Positions 58,048 through 64,000 of a DNA stretch of 64,000 nucleotides are shown piece by piece. The DNA is from Dehalococcoidia bacterium. GTDB lineage: Bacteria > Chloroflexota > Dehalococcoidia > Lucifugimonadales > UBA2985. Location: the NCBI GenBank assembly GCA_963580875.1, contig CAUZMC010000003.1, positions 2,729 through 66,728 of the forward strand, in the 5' to 3' direction. How positions within the stretch are numbered: position 1 is the stretch's first letter; every line of letters begins with the position of its first letter. The notes below the pieces were generated by a model. It was given only the letters and a program-made list of their open reading frames with translations. It was not told where the DNA came from and ran no database searches. Made by a program: the position numbers and the translations under genes.

Positions 58048-58559
58048 ACATTGGCACCGGTAATATGGAGCCACGCAGCATGCTGAATAGAGCTGCTCCC
58101 GGGGTGATTACAGCTAAGTCTGAGCAGCTTATTGCCATGGCCAGAAAGTCGTCTCTGTGGCCAATGACCTTTGGGTTGGCCTGCTGCGCCATAGAGATGA
58201 TGAGCACATATATGGCACACCACGACCTAGATAGGTTTGGCATTGTTACATGGCCGTCTCCAAGGCAGTCGGACGTTATGATAGTGGCTGGGACTGTGGT
58301 CAAGAAGATGGCTGAGCCAATCAAAATTCTATATGAACAGATGCCAGAACCAAAGTGGGTTATAGCAATGGGCAGTTGTGCCACAAATGGTGGGCCGTAT
58401 TACAGGTCTTACTCAGTTGTTATGGGAGTTGATCACATAATTCCTGTTGATGTATATGTGCCGGGGTGCCCTCCAAGGCCCGAGGCCCTAATAGACGGTA
58501 TATTGAAGTTACAAGAGAAAATCATGAATGACGCTAGAGAGCGTGGCAGAAAGGCATAG
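58038..58559 (+). CDS. nuoB: NADH-quinone oxidoreductase subunit B
   Basis: N2-cluster Cys motifs are present: [16 protein letters not shown] and GCPPRPE. Confidence 0.93.
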   Translation: MELNIGTGNMEPRSMLNRAAPGVITAKSEQLIAMARKSSLWPMTFGLACCAIEMMSTYMAHHDLDRFGIVTWPSPRQSDVMIVAGTVVKKMAEPIKILYEQMPEPKWVIAMGSCATNGGPYYRSYSVVMGVDHIIPVDVYVPGCPPRPEALIDGILKLQEKIMNDARERGRKA

Positions 58560-59055
58560 GCGTGAGGAGGTCCCTCAGGCCTTCTCCGCTTTAGACGATA
58601 AAGGCCGCTCCTTGGAGCTATTGCTTCCTGGGATTTTGACGGAGTTTAAGCCGGAAATTGTGGCAACGGTCAACTTGGTGGCGGCGACTGTTAATGCACA
58701 GGACATTGTTGCCGTTTGCCGGGTGGCCAAAGAAGACCCCCATCTTTCCTTTGACTATCTCATGTGTCTGTGTGTGGTGGACTACGTGGAGCACCTACAG
58801 ATTGTGTACCATCTGTACAGCACCACCTTTAAACATATGATGGTGCTGAAAGCGAATGTTTCCCTGGATGAACCTTCATTGCCATCAGTAATGCCGTTAT
58901 GGGTGGGGGCCGACTGGTACGAGAGAGAGGGGCACGATCTTTTTGGAGTTGTCTTTGAAGGGCATCCGAATATGGATCCCTTGCTTCTGTACGAGGGCTT
59001 TGAGGGTTATCCTGGCCGCAGAGATTATGAGATGCCTGAGTATAAAGAATGGTAG
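58528..59055 (+). CDS. nuoC: NADH-quinone oxidoreductase subunit C
   Basis: Motifs seen are [20 protein letters not shown] and PLLL. The 5' end overlaps nuoB by 32 nt, so the start is uncertain. Confidence 0.85.
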   Translation: MTLESVAERHRREEVPQAFSALDDKGRSLELLLPGILTEFKPEIVATVNLVAATVNAQDIVAVCRVAKEDPHLSFDYLMCLCVVDYVEHLQIVYHLYSTTFKHMMVLKANVSLDEPSLPSVMPLWVGADWYEREGHDLFGVVFEGHPNMDPLLLYEGFEGYPGRRDYEMPEYKEW

Positions 59056-60170
59056 GCTTAAACACAGAAGGCCAGCTTGATACGGTCCAGATGATGGTGA
59101 ACATGGGGCCACAGCACCCCAGCACTCACGGTGTCTTTCGCATGGTGCTGTGGGTGGATGGGGAGCGTATTGTGGATCTTGAGCCTCATATAGGCTATCT
59201 CCACCGTGGTTCCGAAAAGCTGTGTGAGGGTGAGCTTTATGCTCAGATAGTCACGCTCTTTGATAGGCTGGACTACATTAGCAATCTCAACAACGAGATG
59301 GTCTTTTGCAGGGCGGTCGAGAAGCTCATGGGGCTTGATGTGCCTGAACGTGCAGAGTATATCCGGGTAATACTTTGCGAACTGAATCGGGTTGCCAGTC
59401 ATCTTCTGTTTTCCGGCACATTTGGTATCGATGCAGGAGCCATGACTCCGATTATGTATGCCTTTCGCGACAGGGAGAAAATACAGACCATGTTTGAGGC
59501 AGTAACCGGTGCGCGTATGATGCACAACTACATACGCATCGGTGGAGTGAAGAGTGACGTACCGGACGATTTTCCACAGCGTATGGGAGCTCTTCTCAGG
59601 GAACTCAAGCAAGGAATAGATGAGACAGACAGGCTTTTGAGTTTCAGTGAGATATTCCTTGCGCGTACCAAGGGGATTGGCGTTATAGATGCAGAGACAG
59701 CAATCGCTTACGGAATGAGTGGGCCTTCACTGCGTGCATGCGGCGTTCCAATGGACGTGCGTAAAGACGAGCCATATTCGGTGTACGACAGGTTTGACTT
59801 CGGCATACCAATAGGGGAAAAGGGCGACTCATGGGATAGGTACTACGTTCGTGTTGAGGAGATGCGTCAATCGATACGTATAATTGAACAGGCATTAGAA
59901 CAGATGCCAGATGGCATTACTATCACTCCTAGCCGTCTAGTGCTTCGCCCTCCACAGGGAGAGGTATACGTGAGGGGTGAAAACCCTCGCGGTGAATTGG
60001 GTGTTTACTTGGTGAGCAACGGTGCCGACAAGCCATATCGAGTGAAGGTGCGTCCTCCATCGTTTTGTAACCTGATGGCTATTAAGGAACTTCTCAAAGG
60101 CACATATATTGCCGATGCAGTGGTCATCCTAGGTTCTCTGGACATAGTCCTTGGTGAGGTGGACCGTTGA
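59049..60170 (+). CDS. nuoD: NADH-quinone oxidoreductase subunit D
   Basis: Motifs seen are NMGPQHPSTHGV, HIGYLHRGSEKL, and the C-terminal DIVLGEVDR. Confidence 0.95.
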   Translation: MVGLNTEGQLDTVQMMVNMGPQHPSTHGVFRMVLWVDGERIVDLEPHIGYLHRGSEKLCEGELYAQIVTLFDRLDYISNLNNEMVFCRAVEKLMGLDVPERAEYIRVILCELNRVASHLLFSGTFGIDAGAMTPIMYAFRDREKIQTMFEAVTGARMMHNYIRIGGVKSDVPDDFPQRMGALLRELKQGIDETDRLLSFSEIFLARTKGIGVIDAETAIAYGMSGPSLRACGVPMDVRKDEPYSVYDRFDFGIPIGEKGDSWDRYYVRVEEMRQSIRIIEQALEQMPDGITITPSRLVLRPPQGEVYVRGENPRGELGVYLVSNGADKPYRVKVRPPSFCNLMAIKELLKGTYIADAVVILGSLDIVLGEVDR

Positions 60171-61285
60171 ATGCTTTGGAAACGCTGATGCTGCTCTCGA
60201 AGATGTTAGGCGTTTTGACAGGACTTTCCGTTGTTGTCCTCTCGCTGACATGGCTGGAGCGTAAGTTCTTGGGGCGTATGCAGATGCGTATGGGACCAAC
60301 GCGTACGGGGCCGTACGGACTGCTGCAGCCTGTGGCAGATGCAATCAAGCTTATGGCTAAAGAAGATCTGCTGTCCAGCTGGGTTGATCGGGTGGCGTAC
60401 TGGGTTGCGCCTTTGGCGGTGTTTGTTCCAACGTTCATGATATGGGTGACCATACCAATTGCAAGAGACTTGGTCATCCAGAACATGGATATGGGCCTTT
60501 TTTACATAATAGCCTTCTCCGTTCTATCCATAGTTGGGTTGGTAATGGCAGGGTGGGCATCTTCAAATAAATACGCTGTGCTCGGAGGCTTTAGGGCAGC
60601 GGCTCAGTTGATAAGCTATGAGATCCCGCTGATTTTGGCGGTGCTTGGAGTAGTCATGCTGGCCCAATCCATGAACCTGCAGGAGGTTGTGAGCAAACAG
60701 GGTACGGTCATCTATGCTGCTATTCAGCCACTTGGGCTGGTGCTATTCTTTATCGCAGGGTTGGCTGAACTGGGTCGTACTCCATTCGACATACATCCGG
60801 CGGAGTCTGAGGTGGTTGGTGGGCCTTTTGTGGAGTACAGCGGTGCCCACTGGGCGGTCTTCTTTCTGGCGGAATACATCAACACATTTGCAATTGCCTC
60901 ACTTACGGTGCTGTTGTTTCTAGGCGGGTGGCTATTTCCTGGACTTCCAGGCGATGTTTCCGCTCTGGGGGTTCTGGTCTTCCTAGTCAAGACATATATG
61001 GTCATTCTTGTAATTTTTTGGGTGCGCGGCACGTATCCACGCCTTAGAATAGATCAACTCATGTCACTTGGATGGAAGGTATTGGTGCCTCTGGCCTTTG
61101 TGAACGTGATAATCACTGCAGTCTACATGTTCTATGGCTGGCCTGACTGGAGCCTCACCATAATGTCTACGGCTATCTTGGTGGTTGTGGGATGGGGATT
61201 TAGCAGGCGTATGCGCACGGCCCCCACCCCAGAGTACACTGTGAAATTATACGTGCCCGCGCCGGAGGCGTCTAATGCTGGGTAA
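60167..61285 (+). CDS. nuoH: NADH-quinone oxidoreductase subunit H
   Basis: Motifs seen are ERKFLGRMQMRMGPTRTGPYGLLQPVADAIKL and AELGRTPFD. It follows nuoD directly, with no nuoE/F/G between them. Confidence 0.95.
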   Translation: MNALETLMLLSKMLGVLTGLSVVVLSLTWLERKFLGRMQMRMGPTRTGPYGLLQPVADAIKLMAKEDLLSSWVDRVAYWVAPLAVFVPTFMIWVTIPIARDLVIQNMDMGLFYIIAFSVLSIVGLVMAGWASSNKYAVLGGFRAAAQLISYEIPLILAVLGVVMLAQSMNLQEVVSKQGTVIYAAIQPLGLVLFFIAGLAELGRTPFDIHPAESEVVGGPFVEYSGAHWAVFFLAEYINTFAIASLTVLLFLGGWLFPGLPGDVSALGVLVFLVKTYMVILVIFWVRGTYPRLRIDQLMSLGWKVLVPLAFVNVIITAVYMFYGWPDWSLTIMSTAILVVVGWGFSRRMRTAPTPEYTVKLYVPAPEASNAG

Positions 61286-61814
61286 TCTAAAAGGACTCAT
61301 GGTTACGCTGTCCACCTTTTTCCGTCATCCGGTGACGTATCAATACCCAGATGAACATAAGCCCATTGAGGACCGTTATATGGGCTTTCCCGTTCTCATG
61401 TGGGACAAAAATGTGGAGGAACCCTACTGTACTGGCTGTATGGTCTGCGTCCGCTACTGCCCCACACAGTGTATGACTGCAGTGATGAAGGATAATCCCC
61501 TTCATGCCGACGGCAAGAGTACGCGCAGGAAGATTGTGGACAGCTTTGAGATAAACCTGGGTCGGTGCATCTTGTGCGCTATCTGCGTGGATGTGTGTAA
61601 CTTCGATGCCATTGAGATGAGCCATGAGCACGAACTGAGTAAGTACGCTCGTAATGATAACCGTACAAATCTTCCAAAATTACTTGAAATGGGTAAAGCT
61701 TATCAACAGGAATCCGGATGGAAGCCAGAGAAGGAAGCAAAGGCTGAGGCAGATGTCAAACCAGTGGGGTCATCTGTTGAAACCAAGGAAGAAACTGCGG
61801 AGGCTGAGAGTTGA
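61275..61814 (+). CDS. nuoI: NADH-quinone oxidoreductase subunit I
   Basis: Two 4Fe-4S motifs are present: CTGCMVCVRYCP and CILCAICVDVCN. Confidence 0.93.
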   Translation: MLGNLKGLMVTLSTFFRHPVTYQYPDEHKPIEDRYMGFPVLMWDKNVEEPYCTGCMVCVRYCPTQCMTAVMKDNPLHADGKSTRRKIVDSFEINLGRCILCAICVDVCNFDAIEMSHEHELSKYARNDNRTNLPKLLEMGKAYQQESGWKPEKEAKAEADVKPVGSSVETKEETAEAES

Positions 61815-62302
61815 ACCTGTCTCTGGTCGTGTTTTATCTCCTGAGTGTCGTGTGTCTTGGCGGTGCTGTAGGCGTTGTGATGTCACGCAACGTGGTGCAC
61901 GCTGCACTTCTGCTTCTTGTGTCCTTGATGGCTGTTTCAGGACTGTATTTACTATTGCTGGCTGAATTTCTTGCTTTGGTGCAGGTACTTATATACGGAG
62001 GGGCAATCACCATAGTTGTGCTTTTCGTTATAATGCTCACGCGTGCACAGGAGTTTCGGTCCATGAGTGCCAATCCCCAGTGGCGATTGGCTATTGTAAC
62101 GGCATTTGGAGTGTTTGTGCTTTTGGCAGCGGCGATTATAAAGGGGGCTCCGACAGAGACTGTACGTCAGTCGCTTGGTTTTAAGGAGCTGGGGAATAGC
62201 CTCTTTACGGATTGGGCGGTTCCATTTGAAGTGGCATCTCTGGTGTTGCTTGTGGCTCTCATTGGGGCCATAGTCATAGCTAGGGAGAGGGATGTAGAAT
62301 GA
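61811..62302 (+). CDS. nuoJ: NADH-quinone oxidoreductase subunit J
   Basis: This hydrophobic 163-aa protein has the LIYGGAITIVVLFVIML motif and sits between nuoI and nuoK. Confidence 0.85.
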   Translation: MNLSLVVFYLLSVVCLGGAVGVVMSRNVVHAALLLLVSLMAVSGLYLLLLAEFLALVQVLIYGGAITIVVLFVIMLTRAQEFRSMSANPQWRLAIVTAFGVFVLLAAAIIKGAPTETVRQSLGFKELGNSLFTDWAVPFEVASLVLLVALIGAIVIARERDVE

Positions 62303-62607
62303 GCCTCATCCATTTTCAGATACTTAGTGCCGCCCTATTCTCAATAGGTATATACGGTGTGTTGGCTAGGCGCAACGCAGTCCTTATACTACTTGCCCTA
62401 GAGCTTATGCTAAACGCTGTAAATATAAATCTTATTGCCTTTGCGGCGTACGGGGAACTGGCACAGGCCGCCACGGGGCAAGTCATAGCGATATTCGTTA
62501 TTACAGTGGCGGCGGCTGAGGTTGGATTGGCAATGGCCATAATTTTGAGGCTCTTTAGAGATCGGTCTTCTGTGGATGTGTATGATGTGGATGTGATGAA
62601 ATGGTAA
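62299..62607 (+). CDS. nuoK: NADH-quinone oxidoreductase subunit K
   Basis: This 102-aa protein has three TM helices and the motifs LLALELMLNAVN and AAAEVGLAMAI. Confidence 0.9.
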   Translation: MSLIHFQILSAALFSIGIYGVLARRNAVLILLALELMLNAVNINLIAFAAYGELAQAATGQVIAIFVITVAAAEVGLAMAIILRLFRDRSSVDVYDVDVMKW

Positions 62608-62618
62608 GGACGTAACAG

Positions 62619-64000
62619 ATGATGCTTGATGCAGAATCGGTGGCGAACTTGGGTGTTCAGTGGGCGTGGTTAGCGCCAGCTATTTGTGCATTCGCTTTTT
62701 TTGCCATCGTTGTCTTTAGCCGCTTCCTCCCAAAGCAGATAGCTCTTCTCTCGCCTTTGGCAATCCTGGCTAGCTTCGGAGTCTTTTGGTATGTGCTGAA
62801 TGAGTTTCTATCATCAGGCGGCGGTATATTCTCTGTGGACTGGTTCACTGTTGGAGGAACCACATTCACATTGGGGATAATGATTGATCCGTTGTCTGTG
62901 GTTATGCTTGGGCTCGTGACATTTGTGGCCTTAATGGTGCAGGTGTACTCACTGGGTTACATGAAAGATCAGGAGGGCTCGTTCAGTTGGTACTTTGCAG
63001 CTCACTCCCTCTTTGCGGCGGCAATGTTGACTCTGGTGCTTGCTGACAACTTCCTACTGATGTACATAGCTTGGGAGCTTGTTGGTGCGTGTTCCTATCT
63101 GCTCATAGGGTTCTGGTATCACAAACGCTCAGCTGCAGAGGCGGCCAAGAAGGCATTCATTACTACCAGAATTGGTGATGTTGGCCTCCTGATAGGCATT
63201 TTGCTGTTGTTTAACGAGACTGGGACTTTTGACATATCCACAATTATCCACATAGCAGAAAATGGCGGCATAGGCTCAGGTACTTTGACGGCTGCGGTTT
63301 TGTTAATATTCTTGGGTGCTATGGGCAAGTCGGCTCAGTTTCCATTGCATGTGTGGCTGCCAGATGCCATGGAAGGTCCTACGCCTGTCAGTGCCCTGAT
63401 ACATGCGGCCACGATGGTGGTTGCAGGAGTCTTCCTTGTGGCTAGGGCATTTCCTCTGTTCTTTATGTCAGATACGGCGATGCTCGTGGTAGCGGTAATT
63501 GGTCTCGTCACGGCTCTTATCACGGCGGCCATGGCGTTGGTGATGACCGATCTCAAACGGGTGCTTGCGTACTCAACCATAAGCCACCTTGGGTTCATGA
63601 TGCTGGCGCTTGGGTCGTTTGGATTCACAGCGGCTATATTCCATCTGGTGGCCCATGCCTTTGCTAAATCACTGCTGTTCCTGGGGGCAGGGAGTATTGC
63701 GCACGGTACCGGTGGCAAGCGTGATATACGGGAGATGGGTGGTCTTTGGAGGCGTATGCCTGTGACATCAATTAGCTTTGGTATAGGCCTGCTAGCCCTT
63801 GGAGGTATACCTCCACTTAGCGGGTTTTTTAGCAAGGACGAGATACTTGTGGCTGTACTCGACGGAAGAGGATCACTGTTCTTTATCATGACCCTTATAG
63901 CCGCGTTTATGAGCGCTCTGTATATGGCTCGACTTTTATTCCTTGTGGTGCTGGGCAATCTGAAGACGGAGAATGATCACTCTCATGAATCGCCTTTGGT
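62619..64000 (+). CDS. nuoL: NADH-quinone oxidoreductase subunit L (5' part; runs off the window)
   Basis: It is not in the ORF track because no stop is reached. My hand translation gives MMLDAESVANLGVQWAWLAP...YIAWELVGACSYLLIGFW...GKSAQFPLHVWLPDAMEGPTPVSALIHAATMV. AAGGA lies 8 nt upstream of the ATG. Confidence 0.9.
   Translation, partial: MMLDAESVANLGVQWAWLAPAICAFAFFAIVVFSRFLPKQIALLSPLAILASFGVFWYVLNEFLSSGGGIFSVDWFTVGGTTFTLGIMIDPLSVVMLGLVTFVALMVQVYSLGYMKDQEGSFSWYFAAHSLFAAAMLTLVLADNFLLMYIAWELVGACSYLLIGFWYHKRSAAEAAKKAFITTRIGDVGLLIGILLLFNETGTFDISTIIHIAENGGIGSGTLTAAVLLIFLGAMGKSAQFPLHVWLPDAMEGPTPVSALIHAATMVVAGVFLVARAFPLFFMSDTAMLVVAVIGLVTALITAAMALVMTDLKRVLAYSTISHLGFMMLALGSFGFTAAIFHLVAHAFAKSLLFLGAGSIAHGTGGKRDIREMGGLWRRMPVTSISFGIGLLALGGIPPLSGFFSKDEILVAVLDGRGSLFFIMTLIAAFMSALYMARLLFLVVLGNLKTENDHSHESPL

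Overview
The window reads as chromosomal core DNA of about 50% G+C. It lies around the replication initiator gene dnaA, which has a candidate oriC immediately downstream. My guess is a Chloroflexota-like bacterium. That guess is inference only, from an acVLRF1-type protein, an 11-subunit nuo operon without nuoEFG, GatCA, ThyX and frequent TTG/GTG starts and 1-4 nt gene overlaps.

Recognisable genes:
- Replication, repair and translation: recA, rplY (L25/Ctc), fmt, dnaA, obg, gyrB, gyrA, trpS, gatC-gatA, mutS2 and one tRNA-Gln(CUG).
- Biosynthesis: nadD, pyrE, a cysteine synthase with a ThiF/MoeB-like E1, thyX, thrB and a split aspartokinase.
- Energy and lipid metabolism: an lpd-E1alpha-E1beta-E2 2-oxoacid dehydrogenase operon, two adjacent acyl-CoA dehydrogenases, and nuoABCDHIJK plus the 5' part of nuoL.
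- Dispersed tryptophan genes: trpE alone behind a promoter and terminator leader, trpS behind a 360-nt leader, trpG-(40-codon ORF)-trpD-trpC-trpF-trpB, and a TrpB2 C-terminal relic.

I saw no rRNA, CRISPR array, transposase or integrase.

Most interesting observations:
1. mutS2 overlaps by 1 nt (TGATG) a Vms1-like eRF1-fold (acVLRF1-type) gene. This could be a bacterial module linking ribosome-collision sensing to nascent-chain release.
2. An unannotated 40-codon ORF exactly fills the trpG-trpD gap and resembles a ribbon-helix-helix protein.
3. A 760-aa, highly divergent PEPCK(ATP)-like P-loop protein.
4. An aspartokinase split into a catalytic ORF and an ACT-domain ORF, the second with its own Shine-Dalgarno (SD) sequence.
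5. A promoter, roughly 105 nt and an intrinsic terminator directly upstream of trpE, with no recognisable riboswitch or leader peptide.
6. Two gene relics: a TrpB2 tail and an in-frame ABC ATPase/permease chimera.

All calls come from reading the sequence and ORF translations by eye; no searches were run.
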